64,000 nucleotides of DNA, taken from the NCBI GenBank assembly GCA_964016885.1, contig OZ024741.1, positions 51,026,001 to 51,090,000 of the forward strand. The letters are read 5' to 3'. Position numbers and translations under genes: made by a program. The number at the start of each line of letters is the position of its first letter. Positions within the stretch are counted from its first letter, which is position 1. This document shows, piece after piece, positions 12,923-27,922 of the stretch. Source of the DNA: Eledone cirrhosa. Its lineage: Eukaryota. The notes beneath the pieces were generated by a model. It saw only the letters and a list, made by a program, of their open reading frames with translations. It was not told the DNA's origin and did no database searches.

Positions 12923-13177
12923 CGTGATCCTAATAAGTCTGTGTGGTTTTGCATCTCTGTGCTTGTCATTTCTTCAACTATACATATATGTGTATGTGTG
13001 TGTATGAATGTAGATACAGAGATAGGTAAATTAATAAATAAATAGGTAGATAGATAGATTGTTTGATAGATAGATAGATAAATAGATAGATAGACGGCGT
13101 TATCTGCGATATGTAAACATTGAGGTACTGCATATTAGTTAAAATATATATGCTTAGTTAGCATGTATTTTAACTTT

Positions 13178-13251
<74 letters not shown>

Positions 13252-13266
13252 AACACACACACACAC

Positions 13267-13307
<41 letters not shown>

Positions 13308-13540
13308 GATAAATCTACCAAAAGTTTACGGTAGTGTCCAATCCGTATGAAGAACTCAATCTAATCCGGATATCATGAAAAGAGAAGATGCATTCAAAAA
13401 CTACTTTCGGTGAAAAATAAACGGAAAACAGAGTCAAGATAAATTAATAAAATAATGAATAAACAAAGAAACAGTTCCTTATATTAAACATTTTTTTTTA
13501 ATATAAGAAACTGTTTCTTTGTTTATTCATTATTTTATTA

Positions 13541-13575
<35 letters not shown>

Positions 13576-13982
13576 CATATATATATATAGAGAGAGAGAG
13601 AGATGACTGCATATTCTGACAAGACCAATCACTGGTGAAACTCACAAATCACTGACAATCGTTTCCTTACAAAAATAAATGCTATCCTCTACTTTTATAT
13701 ATTGAGTGTCTTTCCAGTAATTATTTGACTGTCTTTAAATAAGGTTATACATAAATCACATAACATACATTAATACATATAACCCTAACTCTAACCCTAA
13801 CCCTAACATTAGCCCGTCTGAAACCACCTCTGATTTTATGATGAAAAGCCATTTGTTTATATTTAAATTTAAACCTTCCATTATAATTTTTGTAAAAATC
13901 TTTCTGAAATTCCAAACACCAGCTAAAATAAATAAATAAAAATAGAATAGACATTACAATACAACGGGAGGAAACATAATAG

Positions 13983-14026
13983 TACCACTGATGATGTCAC
14001 AAGTGTGTGATGAAAGAACTTTGATA
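13983..14026 (+). ncRNA. Degenerate minimal hammerhead
   Basis: TACCA-CTGATGA-TGTCAC.AAGTGT.GTGAT-GAAA-GAAC-TT-TGATA, with one stem I mismatch. Confidence 0.45.
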
Positions 14027-14214
14027 GATTATATATATATATATTTATATCTACATTTTAAACATTGATTGCCAGCTAAATTAACTATAGGGATATAAAA
14101 TATACGGAAGCGAAAATCAATCCAAACCAAAGAGTGAGTGTGTTTTATCATTATTTCTGGCAATATTATAACAATATGACCCTCCCCAAATATAACAATA
14201 TATATATATATATA

Positions 14215-14405
14215 TGGTGTGGATTCGCAATCGTGCGGTTGTCAGTTCGATTCCTGGACCGGGCGATGCGTTATGTCCTTCAGCAAGACACTTTATTTCA
14301 CCCTGATCCTTCTACCTGGAGTTACGACCGATAGATAGTATTAGCAATTGGAAAGACGAACGGAAACATTGTTTCCTCGGTCCGATATGACGAAAAGTCG
14401 ATCGA
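14215..14405 (+). mobile_element. tRNA-derived SINE-like fragment; inverted relative at ~24945-25105
   Basis: B-box-like GTTCGATTCC followed by GTCCTT(C/G)AGCAAGACACTTTATTTC. Two homologous copies. Confidence 0.6.
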
Positions 14406-14669
14406 CAAAATATATATCGTAATTGAATATATATATTCTATCTTAAAATTATTTTTGAAAAGCGTAAGAAATGCGCAACCGGTAAAAACTAAAACTGAAT
14501 ACTAACTAATACTTATTACTAATTTATAATTATTCCTAAGTAAACTATTTTTCACTGGGAAAAATTTGTCAGCATTTTCTTTTCCTTTTTACTAATATAT
14601 ATATATATATGCGGAGGTTGTTTTTGGTTATTTCGTGGGCCGAAGTGCGAATCTCGATAATTTATGTTT

Positions 14670-14725
<56 letters not shown>

Positions 14726-14799
14726 CTTCTCTCTCTTTACCTCAAACATATTTTCAATCATCAAACCCTTTCTCTGTTTTTTGTTTCCTTGTTTCTTCT

Positions 14800-15510
14800 T
14801 CTTCTTGAGTGGACCGTAGGGTCAGAGTCCTCAGACACGCCTTCCCGAGGGTCCTATCGGAAACAACTGTCCCCAAATGATCCATCTGGATCCTCAAGCG
14901 AGACTTAAATAAAAGCTATATTGAGTAGAGTGGTCCCAGACGTACAAAATGATTGGATGGTCACGACTGGAACACCTTTAATCCTAGGTCTGCTAGATCT
15001 GGGATGAACTGGAGATTTAACCCGAAACAACAACAACAACAACAACAACAGCAACAACAACAAAATACAACCAACAACAAAATACTACATCAACAGAATA
15101 TACAACAAATTCAACAACAAAATATAACAACAATAAAATACTACAACAACAACAACAATATACAACAAATAACAACAACAATAATAACAACAAAATACAA
15201 GCAACATCAAAATAATATCACTACAACAAACTTCAAACAACAATAACAAACAACAACAATAACAAACAACAACAATAACAAACATCATCATCATCAACAA
15301 CAAAAATTTACAAACATTAACAACATCATCAACAATAAACATTTACAAATAACAACAACATCAACAACAATAACAAACAACATACAACAAACAAGTACAA
15401 GCAACATCAACAACAACAACAATGACAAACAACAACAACAATAACAAACAACTACATCAATGTACAACAAACAATAAAAACAACAACAGCAATAACAACA
15501 CCAATGTACA
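14800..15510 (+). mobile_element. SINE/LINE 3' end with long degenerate (CAA)n tail
   Basis: Unique ~220 bp followed by a (CAA)n-rich tract at 15026-15510. Confidence 0.45.
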
Positions 15511-15619
15511 ACACATTGGTCATTTAAAAAATTACTCTCTTCTTCCAGGAACCACTAAAATAAAATGCCAGTTATAAACTGGAGGTTATATAATCAAGTA
15601 ACAATTTTTCTCCCAATTT

Positions 15620-16380
15620 CTAGCCATGTGACTGTGTTAGAAATCATTTTACGGCATAGAGTTACGGCCCTTTACGATCTGAGTTCAAATCCCACCAAGG
15701 TTAGCTTTGCCTTTCGTCCTTACGGAGTTGATAAAATAAAATACTAGTAACGCACTGGGGTCGATTTACTTGACTTTCCCCTCCCCCCAATGTGTTGGCC
15801 TTGTATCTAAATAAGAAAACCTTATTATTACTATTGACAGAATCGTTAGAGCGTCGGACGAAATACTTTGCGGCATTTAGTTACAGCTCTTCACATTTTA
15901 ATTTCAAATTTCACCTATGTCAACTTTTTCTTTGATCCTTCTGGAGCCGTTAAAATAAAGTACCAGTCAAATACTGAGGTCGATTTAATCGATTTTCCCC
16001 TCCCCCAAATTTGCTGGCTTTTTGCTTAAATCAGAAACAATTATTATTATTATTAGGTGGATTGGCAGAATCGGTAGAACATTGGACAACATGCTTTGTA
16101 GCATATAGTTATGGCCCTTTACATTCTGAGATCAAATCCTGCCGAGGTCAGTTTTGCTTTTGATCCCTACGGGGTCTAAAAATAAAGTACCAGTCACGCA
16201 CTGGGGTCGATTTAATCGACTTTTTCCTCCCCCAAAATTGCTGGCCTTGTGCCTATATAAAAAACATCTCGCCGAGGTTAATTTTGCCTTTCATCCTTAC
16301 GGGGTCGATAAAATAAAGTACCAGTAATGCACTGGGTAATTGCTGGCCTTGTGCCTAAAGTAGAAACAATTATTATTATT
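15620..16380 (+). mobile_element. Cluster of ~4 tandem tRNA-derived SINE copies. More copies at ~16880, 38815, 39795, 44360-44710 and 60975
   Basis: B-box GAGTTCAAATCC, core GCCTTTCATCCTTACGGGGTCGATAAAATAAAGTACCAG (Nin-domain-like) and (ATT)n tails. Confidence 0.8.
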
Positions 16381-16391
16381 ATTATCATTAT

Positions 16392-16512
16392 ATGTTGATG
16401 CCCTAAGGACAGACACTAGCCTCCTGGAGACGCGGGACATAGCGGCGATGACGAGGGACAAAGACCACTGGAGAGAACTCGTTCATGGATCTCGGAAATG
16501 TTTCCCGTTCTA
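16392..16512 (+). pseudogene. RTE-type LINE C-terminal fragment
   Basis: Translates as YVDALRTDTSLLETRDIAAMTRDKDHWRELV, an RTE-like C-terminus. Confidence 0.5.
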
Positions 16513-16550
16513 GATAAATTATTATTAAATCTGTTGAAAACATAATGGCA

Positions 16551-16596
<46 letters not shown>

Positions 16597-16781
16597 CTTG
16601 GGGAGGGTCATATTGTTGTAATAATATTGCCAGAAATAATAACAGAACACACTCACTGTTTGGTTGGTTTTCGCTTCTGCATCTTTTATATCTCGATGGA
16701 GATATGACCCTCCCCAAGTATAACAATATATATATATATAAATTGTTGGCGTGGTGCCTAAAACAGAAAGCATTATTATTA

Positions 16782-16875
<94 letters not shown>

Positions 16876-17349
16876 ATAATGGTTTCTGTTTTAGGCACCA
16901 CGCCAACAATTTTGGGGAAGAAGTCGGTTAAATCGACCCAGTGTATTACTGGTGCTTTATTTATTACTATCGCGTTTTCAGCTGTCTTATACGATTTGCT
17001 ACTGCACAACGAGCACCTCCGTCACATTTCGTATTCTCTGTACAATTCTATATACATATTACATCAGTTTTGATTTGCTGTGGGCTTAGTTCAGTGTTTT
17101 ATCTGTGTTGTAGAATGTGTAATGTGAGCTGTGTAATGTGAATTGTGTGAGTTGTGTAATGTGAGTTGTGTAATGTGTGTTTTGTGGTTCGGTGTTTTGT
17201 ATGTAATGTTTGGTTTGTGTCACATCAAAGGGTGATTATAGTGTAGAATGTGAACTATGTGAGTTTGTAGTGCTATATTGTTAGGTATCGATTATGGAAG
17301 AATAAGTTTTGTGTTATTATATTTGGTGGTTGCATGTAAATTGTAATGT

Positions 17350-18100
17350 TTCGAGTCATGTTATTGAGCTGATGTGGGGTGTCCGTAGCAGGGACATCTT
17401 TTGAACAATGTATAATATAATATTGTGAGCCCCCGTACTCTTTTATATTTTTGTTGATATCTTTTTATATCATACTCACTGTTTTTGGTGCTCATTAGAT
17501 TTTCATGCCCCACATTCTGCTTATTTGAGTTTCAATATCTTTGATATTTTCACCAACTCATTACGAGAAATACTTTGGTTTGAAAGGATCGAAGTGTTTA
17601 TTAGATTGTAAACATTTTCCTTTTAATCCTTGATCACATATCTTTCAGTTTACCCTGATCTCCTGCCTAGATTGGTTTGTTCCAATTAACTGTCACCAAG
17701 TCATCGCTTTACTGCATGTTTCTATCATAGTGTCATAGGTGTCAGATCAATCATGTCTGAATATAGTTGAACTTGGCAAGAATTGGGTAACCAAAGATGA
17801 TGTGTTCAACTGTTTGCATAGACTTTTCATTATTATTTTATTTTGTGGTTGATTGTGGCTAAAACCATTCTTTTTATACTTTTAGTCCAGAGAGTTTAAA
17901 CAAATGTTGGCTTTCACTCTGACTTATTTTTTTACAAGAATGAATTTTTTTCTTCAGTATATTTTAGAATTCCGCTTTGATTTTGTCTTTTAGTATTTTC
18001 TAGTTTCACTGTTATTATTTTGTAGTGGTTTTTTTCGCCCCTTGGTTTGTATCAGACCTCCGTCCTCCTTGTGTACAAGGCAAATATATTCTGGCTTCAA
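17350..18100 (-). pseudogene. Very degenerate LINE RT remnant
   Basis: Scattered RT-like peptides (GLKGKCLQ, WGMK) among many stops. Confidence 0.3.
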
Positions 18101-18240
18101 AAGGTTTGAGGTAAAGGCTTCAAAATGCTATTAATAGTTTCTTTTCTTTTTCTTTTTGTCTAAACTTTTCAGTTCACTTAACTTTCTGTAGTTATATTTC
18201 TGTACTTATATAGTTTTGTAGTTATATTAACAATAAATTA

Positions 18241-18488
18241 TATTATAATGTTGAAAGTGATAGAAGGCTAAATAATGCAAAATGGACTGTAAGATGAGGT
18301 AACGAAAAAGTAAGTAACCTTTTTTTTTTTGTTGTTGTTTTTTTCGTCCTAAAAGAAAGAAACAACATCAACAAAAAAACAAAAACAACAAAACAAAGAT
18401 TACCAGGTAACTTATTTTTTCGTTACCTCATCTTACCCTCCATTTTGCATTGTTTAGCCATATATCACTTTTAACGTTATATATTATA
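18241..18488. repeat. Imperfect inverted repeat with ~80-bp arms (MITE-like or fold-back)
   Basis: 18241-18320 is the reverse complement of 18405-18488. Confidence 0.7.
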
Positions 18489-18924
18489 TGCAATGCTTCA
18501 ACTACAACATTTTATTAATTATATCATATTTAAAAAAAGGTTTAATACATAATTCCCTTAATTTCAGTTTGTTATGGTATAGCTAGTATATTTATACTCA
18601 GGATCTTACTTCTAACATTGAGTTCAAGCCTTGGTATTAGTCTGACTCTTCTGTACTATCTTTTTCTTACTTTTTCTTTCATTTTTGTTTGTTATTTCTT
18701 ATCAGTTTCATTTAATTCTAATTATTTACATAAGTAGTTCTGTTCATTTTATCTGATTCCACTGTCTGGATCAAATTTAATGTCGTCCATATTAGTTAAT
18801 TTACCTCTTCTTGTAGTTTTGGCACATTTATCAATTCTATACTCACTTTTATGTCTTGGTTTAATTTATGAAAATGTTTTAATAAGTTTCCCAAATGAGT
18901 GTTACCATTCTTCTTGTTTTTTTT

Positions 18925-19215
18925 CTTGCTCGACGAGGCCGAGATAATCATAAGCCAGCGATCCCAAAGCATCATCGTGCGTAGAGCCAGCCATGTCCAC
19001 CAAGGCCTTCCATCGCAGGCGGTCTCTTGCCAGTTCCTCTGCATCCTCCAAGGTGACGTCGAGCCTCTGGAGATCTTCCCTGATGACATTCAGCCATCCG
19101 GTGCGAAACCTGCCATGGGGCCTCTTCCAGCCTACAGCCGTCCCGTCGCAGGGCTGTCCACTGCATGCGCTGGTACGGACATGTCCTCCACTTTCCACTA
19201 GATCATCCTACCGAG
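18925..19215 (-). pseudogene. RTE-clade LINE ORF 3' end
   Basis: GHVR...KRPHGRFRTGWLNVIREDL...AEELARDRLRWKALV. Confidence 0.8.
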
Positions 19216-20056
19216 GCCTTACTCTCGTGTTACCATTTCTTATAAATATTTTAAAGTCACCCGAAGAGGAGAAATGGTTCATAATTTGTATTTAGCATCT
19301 ACATCCATTGATAGTTTCATTTAAGAGTTGAGTAAAAGAGTAGAGAGAGCTTTAAGAGAGGTTAGAACACTAGAGAGTCAGTCATCACAGATCAATTAAA
19401 AACATTATAAATTCAAGATTACCCCGACTACCAAATCCACGTACCTTCTCCCAGTTGTGTTCACCTACAGGTACATGCTGGAGGTAGGTCCATTTATGCC
19501 AGTCATTTTCATGCATCTCACTCACATTTCAGTAAGTTCACTTGATGCCAGTAAATAGACTGTTTAGCTGATCTTCGTCGACACCTAGATTTTTCCCCAA
19601 GAGCATCATCGTTCTTGACCACCACTAAACCTCTTTAGAATATAAGCGTTCACATGCTCTCGACCACATTTTCCGCTTATTAGAGAACTGTAAGTGCCTG
19701 AGAAAATTACGGATGCGAAGAGCTTGTTCTAAGTGTTTGCTCAACTCAGGACTGTAGCTCGGTGAAAGACACAAGCTGTACGAAAACGTAGCTGACAAAC
19801 GGGGACCACACTAGCTTAACGGCGAAGAAAGTCTACCGAAAATGCTCTGTAGGATATGCCAGTGGAATTTCAACCATGACATGCTTATCCAATCAAGCAG
19901 AAAGTATTTGTATCAGATGGGCCCCTTGAAGCAGAAGAGCATACACTCCGGTCTGACAAGATACGAACTGAAACAGGGTGCCACGACCAGACGGTAAATT
20001 AAAAGAGAGGCAATGTAGGCATTCAGAGAAAGCTTACTAACCGCCAATTTCTGGCG

Positions 20057-20182
<126 letters not shown>

Positions 20183-20292
20183 TTGACCTCCTTGTCCGTA
20201 ATTTCTGGAGAGTCATCTCGGATCAGACCTTCTCTGAAACTGTTGCAAGTCAATGACTGCAGGAAAGACACGTGCAGCGAAGGAATTCCAGA

Positions 20293-20610
20293 GTATGTTG
20301 CTATAGTTACATGGTGTTGCTATGGTTACATGGTGTTACTATGGTTACATGGTGTTGCTATGGTTACATGATGTTGGTATAGTCACATGGTGTTGTTATG
20401 GTCACAAGGTGTTGCTATGGTCACATGGTGTTGTTATGGTCACAAGGTGTTGCTATGGTCATTAATTGTTACTATGGTCACAGTGTTTCTACGGTCACCT
20501 GTTTTTGCTATAGTCACCTGTTGTGGTTATGGCACCTATTGTTGCTATCGTTATATTCCGTTGGTATGGTCACCAGGTGTCACTATGGTGGCCTATTGTT
20601 GTGTTATTTT
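20293..20610. repeat. 19-bp minisatellite (ATGGTGTTGCTATGGTYAC)n, decaying rightward
   Basis: Direct reading. Confidence 0.85.
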
Positions 20611-20627
20611 GTAATCAGTATGGTAAT

Positions 20628-20686
<59 letters not shown>

Positions 20687-20743
20687 ATTAAGTCAAACAG
20701 GTAAAATTTGGCTTCGTTTATTATAAATTATAGATATACTTAA

Positions 20744-21354
20744 TCTATATATATAAAGTTGTAGTTCCTCTCTGTTTGTTCACGAACTCCTCCTATGGTT
20801 TTGGAGATAGACCCCCATAACCATATATATTCTGAAACTATATTGTACTTGGATAAGTATATTTCATTTTAATCTAAGGGTTCCCCGAGGGCACAAACCC
20901 CCGCTAAAGATTTTTCTCTTCGATTTATATGAAATTTAAACCATAGGTAAATGACAAGATATGATGTCCATTCACAAAACTTTAGCAAATTTCAATAATA
21001 TTAAGACACCCTAATGGGGGTTAAACACCCTATTAGGGTTCCCCGGGGGCACAAACCGCTGCTGAAAATTGTTTCCCTTCGATTTATATGAAATTTAAAC
21101 CATAGGTAAATGAGAAGATATGATCCCTATTGACAAAAGTTTTGAATTGATATTTTGATAACAAGAAACAAAATAAGAATAAGATTTAATAATGTAATTT
21201 TGATTTGATATATTACAAAAAATAATGTTTTCCAATTTTTCATGCATTACATTTTACATTGAGTAATATTGAAATGCAGAGCTTTTCTCCTTAAATTATA
21301 TCACTGATTTAAAATCAATCATCATTTTCTTACAAAACAAGGCGCAGGTAATTC

Positions 21355-21359
<5 letters not shown>
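20744..21359 (+). mobile_element. Non-autonomous Helitron-like element
   Basis: A|TCTATATATATAAA start, two internal ~160-bp subrepeats (20878 and 21036) and a degenerate CTA end. Confidence 0.45.
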
Positions 21360-21433
<74 letters not shown>

Positions 21434-21686
21434 ATACTTAAACAACCCAATGAATGGATAAATATATAGATAAAATATCCATCAGAGAAGCAATATTACA
21501 TATTAAATTGAAGTTTAAAAACTCTGTTTATGGCACTAAAGTTAGATAACACTGGCTTCTACTCCCATAAAGAGAGTTTTTTCACTTAAATTTAATATGT
21601 AATATATATATATATATATATTGTTATATTTGGGGAGGGTCATATTGTTATAATATTGCGAGAGAGTTGTTGGCTTGGGAACGCCC

Positions 21687-24492
21687 GATATAGAATGACT
21701 AACAAGTATTATATAATGTATAATAGATAATTTTGAAATAAGGTAGAAAGATGGGTATATTTTTAAAGAAGTATATATATATATATATGCCTTTGAGAAA
21801 AGGATTCTAAATTGATAAAGTATTGGATATTAGCTGTATACTTTATGGAATGTTCTGTGGAATTTATGCAAGCAGAAAACTCACCTCCTACATTAACTTG
21901 CTCCTTAACGGTTGAGCGCTAACTCTCATATTGGATACCTTTTGATGGTCCTTTACCTTTTTCTTCTACAACATGGATTATTACAACATACCCAATCCAA
22001 CTAAAAACATTCCTATACCTGGTAAATCTGAATTCACCAAACTTCTAATTGAAAAAACTGACTCCTTTGTAAGAAGACTTAGATGGAGAGCTTATTTCTA
22101 TGACCAGCGCACCAAAGAACATAACTTCCTCGATCATCTATTTAATTCTAGAAGAAATCCTCCTTCCAACAAAAATCTAGTGCAATTCGAGGAAGAGTTA
22201 ACAAAAATTATAAAAAATCTTAAATTCAAGAGATACCCTTACAAAGGACAAGAGCACCTTGTAAATCTCAAGAACACAATTTCAAACCTAAATTCCTCAA
22301 AAAATGTTTTAGTCCACTCTGACAAAACCAATAATTTATATGGTATTTCCAAGCATAACTATAACAACCTTATCCTAAAGGAACTTAGGAAAAAATATCG
22401 TAAAACCAACCATGATAATTTAGAATCCATAAACTTTGAAGCCTCTGAGATTATGTCAAAACTTGGCATCGGAAAAAAGACCGAACCATTCCTCCCAAGA
22501 ACTCCGAGGATAAATCTCAAGGATCACAAAAACAATTTTCGTACTGAACTACCTGTTAGATTAATCTCCCCCTCTAAATCAGATCTGGGGGTTGTTAGTA
22601 AAGCCATCTTGGATAGAATTATCCCACAGGTTCGTTCTAATTGCTCTTCTTTGAACTTAAATTTATGGTTTGGTACTTCTGAAGTGATTGGCTGGTTCAA
22701 CAAATTGAATAATAAAAACAAACTAAAATTTGTTCAATTTGATATTGCCAGCTACTATTCTTCTATTTCGCCTTCACTTCTCAACAATGCTCTATCTTTC
22801 GCATTTAAATATTCTGACATCACCACAGATGAACTTCACATCATTCTCACCGCACGTAAAACCATCCTAGAATTCAACAATGAATATTGGACCAGAGCTG
22901 ATACCTCTAACAACTTCGACATCACAATGGGAGCATCCGATTCATCCCAATTGACAGATTTAATTGGTATCTTTATTTTGAACTCTTTGAGTCGGAAAAT
23001 TCCTCAACTTCGCGGTGGAATTTATCGTGACGATGGACTCTTTACTATCTTAAATTGCAACATAGTTAACCTTAATATTATTAAGAACAATATACGTAAT
23101 CTCTTTAACCAACATAACTTAAAAATTGAATTTGATAACAGCATCAAACTAGCTAATTTCTTGGATGTATCTCTTAATCTTGACACTGGCCTATATTACC
23201 CTTACCATAAAAACAATGAGAACCTAAATTATGTTAATTTTAGATCTAACCACCCCACTAATATTAAGAATGCTATAGTTAGTAATATTGGAAAAAGAAT
23301 ATCTAACCTATCTTCTAATAAAAATATCTTTGATGCTAACGCCAATTACTATAATAACGCGCTCTCTAAAGCCGGCTATCCTGATAAAATCAAATATAGT
23401 AAAGAAACAAATTCTAGAAGATCTTTCAGTAGAATAATTAATCATGATCATTCCAATAACTTTAATAAAAGACCTAGATACAAAAACATAATCTGGTATA
23501 ATGCTTCTTTCTCCATCTCTATTAATAATAATATTCCTAAATTATTCTTTAGTGCCTTAAATAAATGCTTCCCTCCCTCACATATCTATAGTAAAATATT
23601 TAACAAACACACTATAAAATTTTCCTATTCGACATCTTCCAACATTTCCAACATTATCTCTAAACACAACAATAAAATACTAAATACTAAATCTCTTCCT
23701 TCCAACACTGAATATCATAATAATAGTAATAGTACTCCCGACGTCATTGTAAACTCTAGGCTAATTTCTGCAAACCCAAATACAACGTCAAACACAACTT
23801 CGCTAAATGTTCTTAATCCCATTCTAAATCAAGAAACTATTATTCCTATCGCAAATAACTTCTCCAATCCAATTCCTTCTATAGATAACACTAGGTCACT
23901 CGTTAATAATCTCTCTAATCGCAATTGCAAATTAAAAATAAATGTCCTCTCAACAACCATTGTCTTGATAAAAACTTAATCTACGAATGTAAAGTTATAA
24001 CTGACACCAATTCCTTCACCTATTTTGGCTTCACTTCCACCTCCTTTAAAGCTCGTCTTTATAATCATCATTCGACTTTTAAATACCAACTTAAAAGAAC
24101 CAACACGGCTCTCTCAGAACTCATAAGGTCCTTGAAAGACAAAAATATTAAATATAACATCTCTTGGAAAAAGGTTTCTTCTGCTTCTTAATACTTGAAC
24201 AATTCTCTATCCAAGACTTGCAATCTCTGTCTAAATGAAAAATTTACCATTATATCTAATTTAGATTCTATAATAAATAGACGCACTGACTTGTTTTCTC
24301 TCTGCTTGCATAAATTCCACAGAACATTCCATAAAGTATACAGCTAATATCCAATACTTTATCAATTTAGAATCCTTTTCTCAAAGGCACATATATATAT
24401 ATATATACTTCTTTAAAAATATACCCATCTTTCTACCTTATTTCAAAATTATTTATTATACATTATATAATACTTGTTACTCATTCTATATC
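21687..24492 (+). mobile_element. Near full-length Penelope-like element with inverted terminal duplication
   Basis: RT and GIY-YIG coding region. 21687-21876 is the reverse complement of 24301-24492. Confidence 0.9.
21973..24347 (+). pseudogene. Penelope-like RT + GIY-YIG ORF with a frameshift near 23930 and a premature stop at 24189
   Basis: RT motifs FDIASYYSSI, ITMG, YRDDGL and FLDV. Then CPL..C, LIYEC...YFGFT...FKAR..NH and CNLC..E...CLH. Confidence 0.92.
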
Positions 24493-25104
24493 ACTCCTAT
24501 TTATCACTTCCCTTTCTTCCTTTTCCTTTTCTTTTCTTTTTCTTTTAATTTCTAACCCCTAATCTGTACCTTTTCTCACTGTGCCTAACATAGAAACAAT
24601 TATTACACAATACAATATATTCTTACTTTATATCACCTTGAAAAAATCCTTCGTAAACATAAACACATTTTTTTGACGTTAGATTATTCATCCTCAATTC
24701 ATTATGTTTTTCTCCCTTTCATCTAACTTATTCATGCTCATCTCACAATATATCCTTACTTACATTACTTTTGTTTTTTTAATAATACATATCAACATTT
24801 TCTTTCCATCGCACATATTATTAAACCCTTAAATATTATTCTTAATACATATTAACATTTTCTTTTCATCGCACATATTATTAAACCCTTCAATATACAA
24901 ACCTTAACTTTACATTATTTTTCTCTCTCTATATATATATATTGACAGTTGATCGACTTTCGTCAAATCGGACCTAGGAAACAATGTTTCCGTTCGTCTT
25001 TCCAATTGCTAATACTATATATCGGTCGCAACTCCAGGTAGAAGCAACGCGAAATAAAGTGTCTTGCTCAAGGACATAGCGCATCGCACGGTCAGGGAAT
25101 CGAA

Positions 25105-25256
<152 letters not shown>

Positions 25257-25694
25257 ACTTAGTTTTTGTATTTGTTTTGCAATATACTTGATGGGAATTC
25301 GTATGTTGAAACAGTTATTGTTATACTTTGATAGAGACATGCTACCAATAAAAACACACGCACCAGTTAAATTTCACTTTTTTTGATTAGTTGAATTATT
25401 GAATCGTTCATTGGTTAATTCAATGAGTCAAGAGGGAGTAAATTGAACATGATCAGAATAAAGAGAAGAAGAAAGAATAGTCATTGAAAAGGTAACAGGA
25501 TGTATGACGAAAGGCCTTTGAAAATTAACAATTAAGCTAACAGATGAATGGATTAGTTACTCGACAACTAATACAACTAATATAATGAAATGAAATTCAA
25601 CTGGTGTGTGTGTTTCTAATGGTAGTATGATCCACGCTACATATATAGTGGATGATATATTTTGATACACCCTGTATAGAAAAAAATGTGTGTG

Positions 25695-25750
<56 letters not shown>

Positions 25751-25834
25751 AGCAAATTATAAACGTAAACATGTAAGTATGTTTTTGAAACGGTGCGCGA
25801 GTTTGAAATTAGAAATTATAAGCTTTCACCGTAT

Positions 25835-25927
25835 TTTAGACTAAAGAAATTTCTAGCCTGATAGTGGGGTTTATAACCATTTCTCCGAGGGTTATAAACC
25901 CCACTATCAGGCTAGAAATTTCTTTAG

Positions 25928-25932
<5 letters not shown>
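25835..25932. repeat. Near-perfect fold-back with ~45-bp arms next to (TA)n
   Basis: TTAGACTAAAGAAATTTCTAGCCTGATAGTGGGGTTTATAACC and its reverse complement. Confidence 0.9.
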
Positions 25933-26551
<619 letters not shown>

Positions 26552-26785
26552 AAAATGCGAAGTAGTTTCAGATGTTAAAGTCCTTTATTGATAATGCTGT
26601 GATACATATTTCAATGACGACAGTGGCCACACAATTTCGTGCACCCAGTGCCGTGACATCATCAGACAGCTTCTTACATAATAAGGTTACGTTCCCAAGG
26701 CAATCCAAATTGAAACGACAAGGGAACGGAAAAAGCGCGTGTTCTTGAATCCTTCCCTTCGCCCGTATATATATATATATATGTA

Positions 26786-26985
<200 letters not shown>

Positions 26986-26986
26986 C

Positions 26987-27023
<37 letters not shown>

Positions 27024-27113
27024 CACACATTAATTAAGTATAATGTATTAAAACATGTGTAAACCTATTAAATGATTATACCAGAAACCTAATACACACA
27101 CGCGCGCATGCAC

Positions 27114-27170
<57 letters not shown>

Positions 27171-27172
27171 CG

Positions 27173-27264
<92 letters not shown>

Positions 27265-27325
27265 AATATATATATGTATATATACGATATTAAATAAATG
27301 GAAACTATATTTATAAAACCATATT

Positions 27326-27391
27326 TATTTCATTATATATATTTCAGGGATATCATATTAAAAATATGGTATGCCTTCATCAGACAAAATA
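27326..27391 (-). ncRNA. Minimal hammerhead (family C), inverted arm
   Basis: Reverse complement of 30326-30391. Confidence 0.72.
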
Positions 27392-27648
27392 CAATATAAA
27401 CAGTCTTATAAATAGATAGATTTGACATACCTTACACTTCAACTTCCATTTAAAAAGTTGATTTGGTAGTGAAAAATGTTAGGGACAGTTATAGGGAAAA
27501 AAGAAAAGAAAGAAAGAAAGAAAGCGAAGAAAAAGAAGAAATGCATGTAACGAAAAACAGAGAGAGATAGATATAGAGAGATAGATAGAGAGAAGAAGTT
27601 CATGTAAAGAAAAAACAGAGAGAGATAGATAGAGAGAGAGAAAAACAG

Positions 27649-27679
<31 letters not shown>

Positions 27680-27922
27680 AAAGAGAGAGAGAGAGAGAGA
27701 AAACAAAATAGAGAGAGATAGATATAGATAGAGATAGAGAGATAGAAAAATAGGTAGTTGGGCACCAGTTGAATGACGTATCAATGATATATTTATTTAT
27801 TTATTTATTTATTTAGTTATAGTATTAAGGTAGAGAGAGATATATGTGGTTAGGAGAGAAAACAGCCGTTACATAGAGAGAAAAGAAAAATATCCAGAGA
27901 TAAACGAGGCAGATTCAAAACA

